Numbered from the stretch's first letter, positions 37,779 through 49,463 are shown. The stretch: DNA of 64,000 nucleotides from an uncultured Syntrophaceae bacterium (GCA_964628605.1 CAZVOU010000125.1:68120-132119), one strand, 5' to 3'. Program-made: numbers and translations. The notes: generated from the letters alone by a model not told the origin.

Positions 37779-38229
37779 AACACCCTCCCTCAGGGTTCTA
37801 ATGTGTTGCAAGGTGGAGATTAAACTGTTTTTATATTTTGTCAAGAAAAATAATCAGCATATAAGATATGTTATGCTAATTATCTAGAAACTGGTTTAAA
37901 ATAGACAGGGTCAAGCGCTCTAATAAGGCTTAAAATGGGTTTTTAACGAATCAAACGCGCCAGGCAGCTAATGCATCAACTTTAGAAAAATGTTTCAAGG
38001 GACAGTTTTTACAGTGTTAATTTACGCGCTAATGTGAACTTGTTTTAGATTGATTTGCGGATACACTTCGGGCAAGAGACCATCAAGGCAATGAATCATG
38101 GGTATTATCAACTGGATGACGCGCACGAACGCATCAATATTTTCGTATTGATCTGGGAGTCAGGAAAATGTGGGGTTGGATTTGTTGACCTATTGTTGAG
38201 TTTTGGTGAGAATGTCCTCTTGGTGTCAA

Positions 38230-39021
38230 TCAGGATCCTGGGCTAATCTTTTTGTAATAATTTTCGGGCAATCGCCGGTCGGATTTGAGAAAAATTTTGA
38301 ACTGTCGCCATCCCGACTTGTGTAAGCGAAACCTTACTGCCGTCCACAAGACACCCAATCCGTAAATGACCGAGCGTTTAAAGTTTATTGAAGACGCCTC
38401 CGGAAAATATCTTGTTGGACACGATATTTCTCCTACGTTGAAATCGAAAAATATTGCCTGAGCAATCATTTCGTTGTCGAACAGGAAATCGTCAGAATTG
38501 GCTTGAAGCGGCAGAGTCTCGAGACATTTTCTGGAAAAAGCTCTGTAACCTGAATGAAACTCAGATAGTTTGGACCCTATGATCAAATTCTCTATGAAGG
38601 TTAGGACCCGGTTAGATATGTATTTGTAAAGCGGCATACCTCCGTTCCTCGCTTTTCCCCCCAGAATTCTGGACCCCATGACCATTTCATATTCTTCCGA
38701 AACGATCATGGCGGCCATTGCCGGCGCCAGTTTTGGGGAATACTGATAGTCAGGATGTAACATCACTATGACATCAGCTCCGAATTTCAGGGCTTCAGAA
38801 TAACAGGTCTTCTGGTTACGCCCGTAACCATAATTTTTGTCATGCAAATAGACCTTTATGCCTAGTTGCGCCGCAAGTTCTACAGTAGCGTCAGACGAAC
38901 AGTCATCGACCAGAAGTATGTCATCAATTACCTGGGTATCTATTTCAGATATGGTCCGTCGCAGTGTTTTCTCCGCGTTGTAAGCGGGTAGCACCACTAT
39001 TATTCTTTTTCCGTTCAACAT
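38230..39021 (-). CDS. family 2 glycosyltransferase (DPM1/GtrB-like)
   Basis: IIVVLPAYNAEKTL, the LVDDCSSD (DxD region) and the HPDYQY pattern typical of GT2. Confidence 0.88.
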   Translation of the reverse strand: MLNGKRIIVVLPAYNAEKTLRRTISEIDTQVIDDILLVDDCSSDATVELAAQLGIKVYLHDKNYGYGRNQKTCYSEALKFGADVIVMLHPDYQYSPKLAPAMAAMIVSEEYEMVMGSRILGGKARNGGMPLYKYISNRVLTFIENLIIGSKLSEFHSGYRAFSRKCLETLPLQANSDDFLFDNEMIAQAIFFDFNVGEISCPTRYFPEASSINFKRSVIYGLGVLWTAVRFRLHKSGWRQFKIFLKSDRRLPENYYKKISPGS

Positions 39022-39102
39022 CTTTTATTACCTGACTTTTGAACCGTCATTGTTTTTTCGCCCTGGCTGCCTGATTGCCTGAACACTATCTGGAAACATA
39101 TT

Positions 39103-40194
39103 TCATCCGGACATACAGGTTGATCTTTTGAGATTATTTGAGGCGCTTTGTTTTACCTGTATCAGCTCCGCCACAATTGACACGGCTATTTCTTCAGGGG
39201 TCTCTCCGCCGATCGGTAAACCAATCGGCGCATGGATTCTTTTAAGTTGGGTATCCGTGACACCCTCTTCCAACAACCCCTCATAAATCAATTTTATTTT
39301 TCGTCTTGAGCCGATCATGCCCACATATCGAGCAGGAGTATCCAAGGCCTGCCTCAAAACGACCTTATCGTGTGAATGCCCTCGAGTCACTATTACCAGG
39401 TAGCTGTCGATTCCAACACCCAACTCGGACATACATGTGTCAAAGCTGTTTACCACAAAGACATGGTCCGCCTCCGGAACTTTATCAAGATTGGCGAACT
39501 CTTTTCTATCATCTATCAGGATGACCCTGAATCCCGCAAAGGAAGCGAGATGAGCCACACTCATCCCAACATGCCCGGCTCCGAAAATGAACACTGTCCC
39601 CTGGGGATAGAAATGTTCTACAAATGCATGAGATTCCAATTGATCAAATTTGAGGAGTTCCGGGGCGCCGGAAAACTTTTTGGATTTTAATTCGCTGAGA
39701 ATCCCTGCCTGGTTGGCAAGTTCACCCAATAGCAGCCCGTTCTCGTCACAGAAAAGGCTGCCCTTGGGGTCAGAATCCATCCGACCTGCCTGATGAGGAA
39801 TTTGAGTGAGCAGAAACCCTGAGAGTCCCTCCATAGACAAACGAATGAGGTGTTCGTAAATGGATCTCCTGTGGCTATCCAGTTTGCTGTTAAATTCTAC
39901 GAAAACATGGGCTGAGCCGCCACACAGCATCCTTTCTGAATCGGCGTCTTCTCCGGTAAAGGCAAAGTGCAATAAAATGGAGGACTTTGCCCGCAATGCC
40001 TCCACCGCTGCGGCTATTACTTCCGCCTCAAACAGGCCACCGCCAATTGTCCCAACGGAAGCCCCATCTTCTTTCACAAGGAATTTGGCGCCGACATGTC
40101 TAGGGGATGAACCATGAAGTGAGACAATTGTGGCTACGCAGAAATTCTGCCCCTCTTCAAAAAGGCTTATTGCTTCTTTCCAAATGGAGATCAT
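39103..40194 (-). CDS. XdhC/CoxI family accessory protein
   Basis: N-terminal XdhC_CoxI domain (FCVATIVSLHGSSPRHVGAKFLV) and a C-terminal Rossmann domain (VFIFGAGHVG). No xanthine dehydrogenase or CO dehydrogenase genes are nearby. Confidence 0.85.
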   Translation of the reverse strand: MISIWKEAISLFEEGQNFCVATIVSLHGSSPRHVGAKFLVKEDGASVGTIGGGLFEAEVIAAAVEALRAKSSILLHFAFTGEDADSERMLCGGSAHVFVEFNSKLDSHRRSIYEHLIRLSMEGLSGFLLTQIPHQAGRMDSDPKGSLFCDENGLLLGELANQAGILSELKSKKFSGAPELLKFDQLESHAFVEHFYPQGTVFIFGAGHVGMSVAHLASFAGFRVILIDDRKEFANLDKVPEADHVFVVNSFDTCMSELGVGIDSYLVIVTRGHSHDKVVLRQALDTPARYVGMIGSRRKIKLIYEGLLEEGVTDTQLKRIHAPIGLPIGGETPEEIAVSIVAELIQVKQSASNNLKRSTCMSG

Positions 40195-40464
40195 GACTAT
40201 CCTGCAAGTTATTGAAACTTTTTGATCAAACGAAAGCTCGTCAACAGTTCGGAAGTTTGTGTGAATAGTTAGCTTCTAAGTGAAGTTTTTGTCAAGGTAA
40301 GTAGAGAATTAGTTCACCGTAGAACTCAATCCAGGGCAACATTCGATCCGGACGACTGGCCTGCTGGGCCTGAACACATTATATTAAATGTCATGAACGA
40401 AGATGGACCATTGAGCAAGAATCGTCTTTGCCGGCCTCGACAAATTTTGGACCGTGATTTGACA

Positions 40465-41358
40465 ATGAATTCGATGGCTATTTCTTCCGCGGGGTTAGCC
40501 CTCTCTGCCGGCGGGGCGCGTGGAGCCTACCAGATTGGGGCGTGGAAGGCCTTTTTGGAAAAAGGGTTGCGTTTCGAGGCTTTTTCCGGAAGCTCAATCG
40601 GCGCCCTGAACTCTGCGCTCATCTGTCAGGGAAACTGGGAGAAAGCCTACCGCTTGTGGATGGAAATTCCTGAGATCAGCATCATTAAACCTGACGTGGC
40701 CCGATTCACAAAATTGATGTTTACAATGGCCACGGACATTGGTCTCATGCTCTTGCCTATCCCCAACATCAGATTGATCAAATTCCTCAGACCCTTTTTT
40801 GTGGGGATCAAGATTGTCTCCCGACATGGAACGGCGGGCTCACTAGCCAGAGATGGCCTGATTGACATGCGCTCTTTTGAACCGTTCATCAGTCAATTTT
40901 TGGATATCAAGGCCATCTTCAGTTCGGACTTTCCAGTTTTCGTTTGTGTTTATGAAACACCCAGCCTGACTAACCCACTGGGCGCAACCCGTTTTATTCG
41001 ACTCCAGGACTTGGCCGAGGACGAAGCATGGCTGGTCCTTGCGGCATCTGCATCCCTGCCTTTCATCTTTTCAACTATCCACATAGACAAAGCACGCCAT
41101 ACCGATGGAGGAATCGGCTCGTGGCTACCACTAGAACCTTTGCTCGAATCCAATGTTAAAAACATCATTGCGGTATGCTCCAAGCACGGCTCCAAATCTC
41201 AGAGGCCTACTTCAAAAACACAGGACCTGACAATTCTGCAACCGAGCAGGCCGCTAGGAAGATTTCCGATAGCCACTTTTGGTTTCAGGCGTCACAACAT
41301 CGAGAGATGGATGGAATTAGGTTATACGGACACAAGACAAAAACTCATCCTGTTTTAA
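40465..41358 (+). CDS. patatin-like phospholipase
   Basis: Oxyanion GGARGAY, nucleophile elbow GxSxG (GSSIG) and the catalytic Asp region HTDGGIG. Start set to ATG 40465 (MNSMAISSAGLALSAGG). Confidence 0.8.
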   Translation: MNSMAISSAGLALSAGGARGAYQIGAWKAFLEKGLRFEAFSGSSIGALNSALICQGNWEKAYRLWMEIPEISIIKPDVARFTKLMFTMATDIGLMLLPIPNIRLIKFLRPFFVGIKIVSRHGTAGSLARDGLIDMRSFEPFISQFLDIKAIFSSDFPVFVCVYETPSLTNPLGATRFIRLQDLAEDEAWLVLAASASLPFIFSTIHIDKARHTDGGIGSWLPLEPLLESNVKNIIAVCSKHGSKSQRPTSKTQDLTILQPSRPLGRFPIATFGFRRHNIERWMELGYTDTRQKLILF

Positions 41359-41601
41359 TTCTCGTCAAAAATATTGAGAACTGCGTAACTTTTTGACTAA
41401 TCGATTGTCTGAGTTAAATATCGTATTAATTATATTGGTCAACAAGAATAACTTCATTTTAAAAGTATTTCTGGTGGCTATATAACTTTAATTTTTTATG
41501 GAATTATATTGTAAATACGGTTGTATTTTTGTATAGGCATGGACAGCGTAATGGACTGATGATGAATTTCGATCTCGTCATCGCCTTAAAGGAGGCCTCG
41601 T

Positions 41602-44256
41602 TTGAAGTCCCCATTCACTCGAATAAATGGCGACAAACCATTTAATCAAATGTTTAGTCGCCCAGAAAATAACAGGAAAAGTTGGTCCATTTTTGGCAGC
41701 CTCACCCGTTTTATTCTCCTCATACTCATTGGATTGGTAACGGGCGCAGCAGGGGTAATGGCTCAAGGTTACATATACTTTACTCAGAGTGTTCCAGGGA
41801 TTGAAAAGCTGGCCAAATACTCACCCCCTGTCGTGACCTCGTTTTATGCTGACAAAGGTGAATTAATTGGAGAATTTGCTTATCAGAGACGTTTTTTGGC
41901 GCCTATGGATCAAATACCAAAGCATTTAAAAGACGCGTTTGTTGCGGCTGAAGACAAAAATTTCTGGCGTCATGGAGGGGTTGACAAAGAGGCCATCCTT
42001 CGAGCCATCAAGAAAAACCTCACCACAGGTGCGCTCAGGGAAGGGGCCAGCACGATAACCCAACAGGTGGCAAAAACTTTTCTTCTGACCCCGGAAAGAA
42101 AATTTACCAGAAAAATAAAAGAGGCTATTTTATCCACCCGCATAGAACAATCGTTAACGAAAGAGCAGATTCTTTACCTTTATTTGAATCAGATTTACCT
42201 TGGTAGTTCAGCTTATGGAGTGGAAGCAGCCGCTCAAACCTATTTCGACAAATCAATCAAGGACCTTTCCATTGCCGAATGCGCCATGCTCGCGGGACTC
42301 GCCAAAGCTCCTTCCCAGAATTCTCCGAAGAGGAATATCAAGAAATCCATTGAACGAAGGTCATACGTTTTGAAAAGGATGCTCGAAGATGGATTTATTA
42401 CGGAAGCCGAGTACGAGCAGGCAAACAAGGAAGAGCCCAAAATATACAATACTGTGAACAATAACGCCAGGCTTGCGGCAGACTTCGTGGAACATGTCCG
42501 ACGATATATAGAAAAAAAGTATGGCGCTGATGCGTTATACAAGGAGGGATTACAGGTCTACACCTCCGTTGATCTGGAAACGACCAAATTGTCCAGAGAT
42601 GCAATGGAATCCGGTTTGAGAGAATTGGACAAACGTCAGGGCTTCAGGGGGCCGCTCAAGACTCTTAGTGTAAAGGGAGTGATGGAGTTTCTTGATGAAA
42701 AAACCAAATCCATGGAGGCCCCGCTAAAGTTCGGTCAGATTACTGAGGGAGTAATAACTCACATCGACCATGAAAATATCTACGTCCGTATGGGTTCCTT
42801 TGTCAAAGACGGAGATAAAAAGGACTACATCGGTCAAATAAAGATAGAAAATGATCCAAAGTGGTGGGTAAGGCAACCGTTCATAAGGCAAGAACTTAGA
42901 ACCCGCAATTTTGCCCCGGGTGAATTACCTTTTCAGGTTGGAGACCTGATCCAGGTCAAAATTCTTGATCCGAACGCCAAGAGAAGAGAGCTGTACGTAA
43001 AAAAATATGGAAAAACCGATCCTGAACTAAAAAACTACAAACAATACACAGAGGAAATGTCACCGTACTTCCTTCTTGAAGCTGAGCAGGAACCTATTGT
43101 TCAATCGGCCCTGATGATGAGAGAAAACAGGTCTGGTTATGTTCGAGTCCTTTTAGGAGGTTATTCAGCGGCCGAGTCTAAGTACAACAGGGCCACCCAG
43201 TCCCGAAGACAGGCCGGTTCATCTTACAAACCAGTTATTTACGCAGCGGCTCTAGATAAGGGATTTACGGCTTCGGACCTGATTATGGACGCTCCTCTGG
43301 CTTTGACAGTTCCCGGCACCGGGGAAGTTTGGAGACCCAAAAATTACCGAGGCGGTTTTGCAGGACCGGTGACACTTAGAGACTGCCTGGTTAAATCCCG
43401 TAACATTCCTACTATCAAGATTCTCCAGCAAGTTGGTATCGAGCACACTAAAAATTATGCCAGAAAACTTGGATACACGTCTCCTCCTGTGGAAAACCTT
43501 ACTCTAGCCCTCGGCTCCACAGGTGTTTCTCTTGAAGAGCAGGTGAATGCTTACTCTGTATTTCCCAACCTGGGATATTATGTTCCACCCATTTTTGTGA
43601 CTAAAGTGGTTGATAGGCACGGAAGGGTCCTTGAAGAGAGGATGTCTCCCGCCCTATTGACGGACCCCCTTCAGTCCGATCAGGCCTCGGTCGGAACAGT
43701 GTCCATTGATTCGCGCAGTTCAGGCATGATCTTTGAGTCGGATTGGGCTGACAGATCCTCTGCTCAAGCCAAGAGAAGAATTGATGAAGGAACGGCTTAC
43801 ATCATGACTTCTATTTTGCAGGGAGTCATCACTGAAGGAACAGCCACTAATTTGAAGAAGATAGTAGGACGCCCCGACTTAGCGGGCAAGACCGGCACCA
43901 CCAATGAAAATGTTGACGCCTGGTTTGTGGGATACACACCTGATTATACCTGTGGGGTCTGGGTTGGATTTGACGATGAGGTCTCCATAGGCGACGGGGA
44001 AACAGGAGGAAGGGCAGCTGCCCCTATCTGGGGATATTTCATACGCAGCCTTCTTAATGACAAACCTGTAAAAGAATTTCAGGCTCCATCGACGATTGAG
44101 TTCCGAAAGGTTGATCCAAAGACCGGGCTTTTGACCTCGGCCTCCGACGGAATCAAAGAAATATTCAAGACGGGCAGCAGCCCTACTCAAGCTGCTCAGA
44201 AGCCAATTCGAGGGGCCAGATGGGACTACGCCGGCTCTGATCTGGATCAATTCTAG
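41602..44256 (+). CDS. mrcA: class A penicillin-binding protein 1A (glycosyltransferase/transpeptidase)
   Basis: GT51 motifs EDKNFWRHGG and GASTITQQ. Transpeptidase SxxK (SSYKP), SRN and KTGTT. An OB-like insert lies between the domains. TTG start 41602 with AAAGGAGG upstream. Confidence 0.93.
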   Translation: MKSPFTRINGDKPFNQMFSRPENNRKSWSIFGSLTRFILLILIGLVTGAAGVMAQGYIYFTQSVPGIEKLAKYSPPVVTSFYADKGELIGEFAYQRRFLAPMDQIPKHLKDAFVAAEDKNFWRHGGVDKEAILRAIKKNLTTGALREGASTITQQVAKTFLLTPERKFTRKIKEAILSTRIEQSLTKEQILYLYLNQIYLGSSAYGVEAAAQTYFDKSIKDLSIAECAMLAGLAKAPSQNSPKRNIKKSIERRSYVLKRMLEDGFITEAEYEQANKEEPKIYNTVNNNARLAADFVEHVRRYIEKKYGADALYKEGLQVYTSVDLETTKLSRDAMESGLRELDKRQGFRGPLKTLSVKGVMEFLDEKTKSMEAPLKFGQITEGVITHIDHENIYVRMGSFVKDGDKKDYIGQIKIENDPKWWVRQPFIRQELRTRNFAPGELPFQVGDLIQVKILDPNAKRRELYVKKYGKTDPELKNYKQYTEEMSPYFLLEAEQEPIVQSALMMRENRSGYVRVLLGGYSAAESKYNRATQSRRQAGSSYKPVIYAAALDKGFTASDLIMDAPLALTVPGTGEVWRPKNYRGGFAGPVTLRDCLVKSRNIPTIKILQQVGIEHTKNYARKLGYTSPPVENLTLALGSTGVSLEEQVNAYSVFPNLGYYVPPIFVTKVVDRHGRVLEERMSPALLTDPLQSDQASVGTVSIDSRSSGMIFESDWADRSSAQAKRRIDEGTAYIMTSILQGVITEGTATNLKKIVGRPDLAGKTGTTNENVDAWFVGYTPDYTCGVWVGFDDEVSIGDGETGGRAAAPIWGYFIRSLLNDKPVKEFQAPSTIEFRKVDPKTGLLTSASDGIKEIFKTGSSPTQAAQKPIRGARWDYAGSDLDQF

Positions 44257-44337
44257 GAAATTGAGTTTCCCCGAAAACGGGTTGATCAAGCAACTTGGGG
44301 AACCTGACCAGCGCTCTGACGATCACCATCAATTTCT

Positions 44338-44871
44338 TCAGGGCGCCTGATCCTCATTGACCGATTCCGGGAATTGCGCTTTTGCCTCATATGAAAAGAG
44401 GGACCTTAGTTTGTCCCAAAAGTCGCCCCCAAGCACGAAAAGTGATGCTATGAACAATAAGTCTGCCGACAGGTTCACATATAACCGCTCTGCTGAGTCA
44501 TCCGGAAGCCATCTCGGAACGTAGGCCTGTATATAAGTGGGAATCAAGGGCAGAATGAACATTGCTAATCCGATGTTATAACGTAATTTTCCGACCTTTG
44601 CAGATGGCGCTAATCTTTTCAGGAAGCTCATGCAACGGGATTTTATCACCTCGTAGTTATCCCTCCCCAATGTGGCCGCCGCCGCTATAATTAATATCTC
44701 CGGAATGCCCAGACTTAACAATCCTATTATTGAGGCTTTCCATCCAATCGAAATATCGAGCTGAGCGATCAAAATCCCAAAAAAAGGGCATATGAATGAA
44801 AGCGCCAGAAAGGTGAGCCCGACATACAGCCTTGCCTGTCTTATTAGAAAATTTCTCGACTCTTTTGACAT
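44338..44871 (-). CDS. integral membrane protein, unknown function
   Basis: 177 aa with about four hydrophobic helices. AGGAG SD 5 nt upstream of the ATG. Confidence 0.6.
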   Translation of the reverse strand: MSKESRNFLIRQARLYVGLTFLALSFICPFFGILIAQLDISIGWKASIIGLLSLGIPEILIIAAAATLGRDNYEVIKSRCMSFLKRLAPSAKVGKLRYNIGLAMFILPLIPTYIQAYVPRWLPDDSAERLYVNLSADLLFIASLFVLGGDFWDKLRSLFSYEAKAQFPESVNEDQAP

Positions 44872-45150
44872 GTATGCTCCTAGACCTCAATTTTTGAAGG
44901 CGCTTTTCCCGGACACCCAATATTCCCAAAAATGGTTACAACACAGGGGGCCAGGTTAAATTGGACGTAAAATATGATTTAACCACCACTATTGAGCTTA
45001 TTGAAGCTTGACACAATCCTTTATAGACATATATCTAATATATGATAATGGTTTTTACCACAATCATGGGGTTGCTAACCCCAAATTTACGCGTTTTGAG
45101 GCTTTTTACATAGTTTTCAAACCTTGTGGAACTCTAAAGAGGTTATCAAT

Positions 45151-47664
45151 ATGGCTGATGAAACGGAAAAAAGAGACGACTTTGATGTTGAAGATGAGCA
45201 GTCCAAGGCTCAACAAATAAACTTCGAAGATATTCCAAATGTGATGCCGCTTTTGCCGGTAAGGGATGTGGTCATATATTCCTACATGATATTACCGTTG
45301 ATGGTAGGTCGGGAGAGATCGATCAAGGCCGTGGAAAGCGCACTGGAGGGTGACCGGCTGATTTTTCTGGCTACCCAGAAATTCTCGACGGAGGAAGACC
45401 CGGGGCCAGATGACATTTACTCGGTTGGCACAGTGGCCATGGTTGTCAAAATGCTAAAACTCCCCGATGGTCGTGTGAAGATACTGGTTCAGGGATTAGC
45501 GAAAGCAAGAATCACTGCTTACATTCCATCTACAAATTTTTTCAAAGTGGAAATTGAGAAAATTCCCGAACCTGTTGTTCCGAAAATAAACCTTGAAGTT
45601 GAAGCAACTATGCGCACTGTCAAGGAAAGTTCGGAAAAAATCCTTCAGTTAAGAGGCATAATTTCTCCGGACGCAGTAGCGATACTCGATTCGATTGACG
45701 ACCCTGGTAGATTAGCAGACTTAGTCGCGTCGAATTTAAAGCTCAAGGTGGAAGAATCCCAAAGCATTCTGGAGATCATTGATCCTATTGATCGCCTGAG
45801 ACGAGTCAATGAACTTCTGTCCAAAGAGCTTGAATTGTCGGCTATGCAGGCAAAAATTCAGACTCAGGCCAAAGAAGAAATGGGAAAGACTCACAGGGAA
45901 TACTTCCTTCGTGAACAGTTGAAGGCCATTCAGACCGAGCTTGGTGAAATAGACGAAAAGACAAAAGAAATTGAGGAGTTTCGCTCAAAAATAGCAAAAG
46001 CCAAGATACCTGCGGATGTGGAGAAAGAGGCGGAGAAACAATTAAGCAGACTTTCGCAGATGCATCCTGACGCGGCGGAAGCGTCAATTATTCGCACATA
46101 TCTGGACTGGATAGTTGAGCTTCCATGGTCCAAATCAACCAGGGACAAGCTTGAAATAAAAAACGCCAAGGAAATCCTTGACGAGGACCACTATGACCTT
46201 GAGAAAATCAAAGACAGGATTCTGGAATACCTTGGGGTCAGAAAACTGAACAAAAACATGAAAGGCCCTATCCTGTGTTTTGTGGGGCCTCCTGGAGTAG
46301 GGAAAACATCTTTGGGTAAATCGATAGCCCGAGCCCTTGGTCGCAAATTCACCAGAATTTCTCTCGGAGGTTTGCGAGACGAAGCTGAAATCCGTGGACA
46401 CAGAAGGACTTACATTGGCGCCTTACCTGGAAGGATCATTCAGGGGCTTAAAACTGCAGGATCAAACAATCCGGTTTTCATGCTGGACGAAATTGACAAG
46501 GTGGGAGCCGATTTCCGGGGTGACCCATCCGCTGCTCTATTGGAAGTGTTGGATCCGGAACAGAACAACGCGTTTAGTGACCATTACCTGAATGTGCCTT
46601 TTGACCTGTCGAAAGTCATGTTTATTACTACGGCAAACCTCGCCGATCCCATCATACCGGCGCTCAAAGACAGGATGGAAATAATTGAACTTTCCGGATA
46701 TATCGATGAGGAAAAACTCAAGATTGCCAGACAGTATTTGATCCCTCGACAGATCAAGGAAAATGGGATCAAAGAGGAAGATTTTATAATAACCGACGAG
46801 GCCATACTCAACGTAATCAATCAGTATACCAGAGAAGCGGGATTACGAAATCTTGAGAGGGAAATAGCCAATGTATGCCGCAAAATAGCCCGCAAGATTG
46901 CCGAAGGGGAAAAGAAGATCCCCAGAATTACCGCCAAGAATTTAAATAAATTTCTCGGTGTGCCCAGGTTTCTCGCAGACGATGAGAAACGGGAAGATGA
47001 AACCGGAGTGGCCACCGGTTTGGCGTGGACCCCTTATGGTGGAGACATTCTTCATATTGAAGCCACCCCAATGGAAGGCAAAGGCAATCTTTTGCTGACT
47101 GGACAACTTGGCGATGTCATGAAGGAATCGGGCCAGGCGGCAATGTCTTATTTCAGATCGAGGGCTTCCAAGTTCGGTGTCACCGAGAACTTCTATTTTT
47201 CGAAGGACATTCATGTCCACGTTCCGGCGGGAGCCATCCCGAAAGATGGGCCATCCGCAGGCGTTACAATGGCCACCGCGATTGTCAGCGCTTTCACCGG
47301 TATCCCCGTAAGGTCAGACGTGGCAATGACCGGTGAAGTGACTTTGCGAGGACGAGTGTTACCTATTGGTGGATTGAGGGAAAAGTCTCTGGCTGCTCTC
47401 CGGGCCAGGATTTACACAATAATAGCTCCTCAAGCCAATGAAAAAGATCTGGACGAGATCCCCAAGCACATCAGACGACGTCTGGAGTTCAAGTTTGTTT
47501 CGCACATGGACGAGGTCCTGAAGTTAGCCTTGAGAGAAGATCCTGATAGAAAACAATCTGTTGATGGTGATTCAGAAAAATCAGAGAAAGTCAGGAAAGA
47601 AACTTCGGCACGCAAGACGGCCACTTCATCGAGCGCAAAAAAAGAGCCTAAAGCGAAAGCCTGA
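45151..47664 (+). CDS. lon: ATP-dependent Lon protease
   Basis: Lon N-domain, Walker [10 protein letters not shown], Walker B FMLDEIDK and the protease Ser site PKDGPSAGV. Start set to ATG 45151 (MADETEKRD) with AAGAGG upstream. Confidence 0.96.
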   Translation: MADETEKRDDFDVEDEQSKAQQINFEDIPNVMPLLPVRDVVIYSYMILPLMVGRERSIKAVESALEGDRLIFLATQKFSTEEDPGPDDIYSVGTVAMVVKMLKLPDGRVKILVQGLAKARITAYIPSTNFFKVEIEKIPEPVVPKINLEVEATMRTVKESSEKILQLRGIISPDAVAILDSIDDPGRLADLVASNLKLKVEESQSILEIIDPIDRLRRVNELLSKELELSAMQAKIQTQAKEEMGKTHREYFLREQLKAIQTELGEIDEKTKEIEEFRSKIAKAKIPADVEKEAEKQLSRLSQMHPDAAEASIIRTYLDWIVELPWSKSTRDKLEIKNAKEILDEDHYDLEKIKDRILEYLGVRKLNKNMKGPILCFVGPPGVGKTSLGKSIARALGRKFTRISLGGLRDEAEIRGHRRTYIGALPGRIIQGLKTAGSNNPVFMLDEIDKVGADFRGDPSAALLEVLDPEQNNAFSDHYLNVPFDLSKVMFITTANLADPIIPALKDRMEIIELSGYIDEEKLKIARQYLIPRQIKENGIKEEDFIITDEAILNVINQYTREAGLRNLEREIANVCRKIARKIAEGEKKIPRITAKNLNKFLGVPRFLADDEKREDETGVATGLAWTPYGGDILHIEATPMEGKGNLLLTGQLGDVMKESGQAAMSYFRSRASKFGVTENFYFSKDIHVHVPAGAIPKDGPSAGVTMATAIVSAFTGIPVRSDVAMTGEVTLRGRVLPIGGLREKSLAALRARIYTIIAPQANEKDLDEIPKHIRRRLEFKFVSHMDEVLKLALREDPDRKQSVDGDSEKSEKVRKETSARKTATSSSAKKEPKAKA

Positions 47665-47711
47665 TCCTTTCAGACTGTCATTGGAATTGTTGGGAAACAG
47701 GAGCAATACTT

Positions 47712-48431
47712 TCAATCCTGTTTCCCGATTTTGCTTGTAGATCGGCCTTCCTTGATTTGCTGAACCATCATTTCAGTTTCAGCAGAAATTTTTAGCATTT
47801 CAGTCTCTATATCCTGTCGAATCTCTTCATATTCCTCATTCGACAAACCTTGAGGCGCAAATATGGGCTTCCCCCAGGTCATAACTATTGTGCTAAAAGG
47901 TAAAGGCATTATCATGGAGTCCCAGGATTTGAACTGTATCTGCCTGGTAGACCAACTCACGAAAGGAACGATTGGTTGACCGGTTTCCCGCCCCACCATC
48001 ACTATTCCCATTTTTACCTTCCGTGACGGTCCACGGGGAGCGTCTACGGCCAATCCGGAACAGTAGTTCCTCTCCTTGATTTGCTCAATCATCTCGGACA
48101 AAGCTTCTTTACCACCCTTTGATGACGAACCCCTGACTGTGTCATACCCCAATCTTTTTATTGACCTGTCAATTATCTCTCCATCATGGGACTGACTAAC
48201 CATGACGACTCCAGGGTATCTCCTGCAATAATAAACAGGGAACAGCATCGTCCCGTGAAAACAGGCGCAGGCAAACGGCATCTGTTTGCATATCTCGTCT
48301 TCATATTCCGTATTCAGGAAAATGGTTTTGGAAGTCAAGTCCACCAACTTGAAATATGAACTAACCAGACGCGGAATGAGAAACAGAACAATTCGGAACC
48401 AGAGTTTCTGATCTTTTTCACCCTTGTTCAT
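47712..48431 (-). CDS. DUF374 domain protein (lysophospholipid-acyltransferase-like)
   Basis: The segment FHGTMLFPVYYCRRYPGVVMVSQSHDGEIIDRSIKRLGYDTVRGSSSKGG matches the DUF374 core. Its start overlaps the upstream gene's stop (ATGA). Confidence 0.75.
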   Translation of the reverse strand: MNKGEKDQKLWFRIVLFLIPRLVSSYFKLVDLTSKTIFLNTEYEDEICKQMPFACACFHGTMLFPVYYCRRYPGVVMVSQSHDGEIIDRSIKRLGYDTVRGSSSKGGKEALSEMIEQIKERNYCSGLAVDAPRGPSRKVKMGIVMVGRETGQPIVPFVSWSTRQIQFKSWDSMIMPLPFSTIVMTWGKPIFAPQGLSNEEYEEIRQDIETEMLKISAETEMMVQQIKEGRSTSKIGKQD

Positions 48432-49423
48432 TGCAATTTTGCCTCAAGAATGTCCAGCGCCTCCTGAACCGCTTCCTGAACGTCTTCATCCTGGTCATTC
48501 AAAGCTCTGCGCAAATGCGGAATAGCCTGCACATTTCCTATCTTTCCCAACAGTTCCGCAGTATCCCCCTTGAGCCCAGTGTCGTCTGAAAACAGAAAAC
48601 TCGAAAGGTCGTCAATCACTTCGTCCAATATTTGAGGATTGATGTCCAATGCGTATTCCATTGCAACCAATGCCCCTATTCGCGTTGAAAATTCTTTTTG
48701 CTTGAATACTTGCGCCAAGGCTTCGGGACGACCTTTTCTGCAAACCAGTTTTGCTGCGTCTTCCGCTCTTCCGGACTTCACCATGGAATCCACTATGGAT
48801 GTCAGTGAGGAGTCGGCGACAGATTCAACCAACTTTTTAGCCAATTCATCAGCGCCAATATTGCCGACAATCGTCAGTCCACCATTGACTATTGTGGTTG
48901 GTGTAGATTTGCATTTGTAGCGATCAGCCAGATCATCTGATTCCAAAGCGTCAACAACAGTAACTGACACCAATTCGCTGCGGACAGCCAGAGTGACGGC
49001 CGATCTCACCGTATGCGGACAATGGGGACATGACGAGGCTATTAGCACCATCAGGTCTACCGGATAGGTGAGTTCGTCAAGTCCCAAACTCATGGAGTCA
49101 TTTTGGAGACGCTCATCCGTGCCCAGCCATTCAATTGCTTCGAGAAAAGGCGCGAGTTCTGCCCCCTCGGGCGAAGTCAGATAATGAATTCTTCCCTGTT
49201 CCCCATTCGTTATTGTCATGGATGGCTTACCGACCATTACAGGGTCGGATGTCTCTTCCATGGATATTCTGTTCATGGAGACACCGCTGACCTGACGGGC
49301 CACATCGAATATCCGCCTTTCAAAAAGGCTCTGATTTCCGGTTCCAAAAAGAACCAGCCTCACCGGCTTTACCAACCTGGATGAAACTTCCTGAACACGC
49401 ATCAATTCATTGTCTGACAGCAA
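48428..49423 (-). CDS. thioredoxin-fold (CPHC) protein fused to C-terminal HEAT/PBS-lyase-type repeats
   Basis: SSCPHCPHTV redox motif and TPTTIVNGGLTIVG (glutaredoxin/Thioredoxin_3-like). C-terminal repeats LLGKIGNVQAIPHLRRALNDQDEDVQEAVQEAL. Start set to TTG 49423 (AAGGAG 6 nt upstream), with ATG 49402 as an alternative. The track start 49576 would overlap the upstream gene. Confidence 0.65.
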   Translation of the reverse strand: MLSDNELMRVQEVSSRLVKPVRLVLFGTGNQSLFERRIFDVARQVSGVSMNRISMEETSDPVMVGKPSMTITNGEQGRIHYLTSPEGAELAPFLEAIEWLGTDERLQNDSMSLGLDELTYPVDLMVLIASSCPHCPHTVRSAVTLAVRSELVSVTVVDALESDDLADRYKCKSTPTTIVNGGLTIVGNIGADELAKKLVESVADSSLTSIVDSMVKSGRAEDAAKLVCRKGRPEALAQVFKQKEFSTRIGALVAMEYALDINPQILDEVIDDLSSFLFSDDTGLKGDTAELLGKIGNVQAIPHLRRALNDQDEDVQEAVQEALDILEAKLQ

Positions 49424-49463
49424 GCTCTTCTCCTTGAGATGTAATTTAATCTGACTATAGGAA

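Noticed and set aside
38055-38246. A 63-aa plus-strand ORF in the gap between OMP-B and the GT2 gene.
   Set aside because: It has a TTG start without an SD and no features, and it overlaps the 3' end of the GT2 gene.
45008-45150. The lon upstream region: TTGACA (45008-13), several AT-rich -10 candidates and the hairpin GGGGTT-gct-AACCCC. It was considered as a heat-shock control element.
   Set aside because: It does not match CIRCE, and I could not match it convincingly to the sigma-32 consensus. It is most simply an ordinary promoter and 5' UTR, and the 70-aa track ORF here is not credible.
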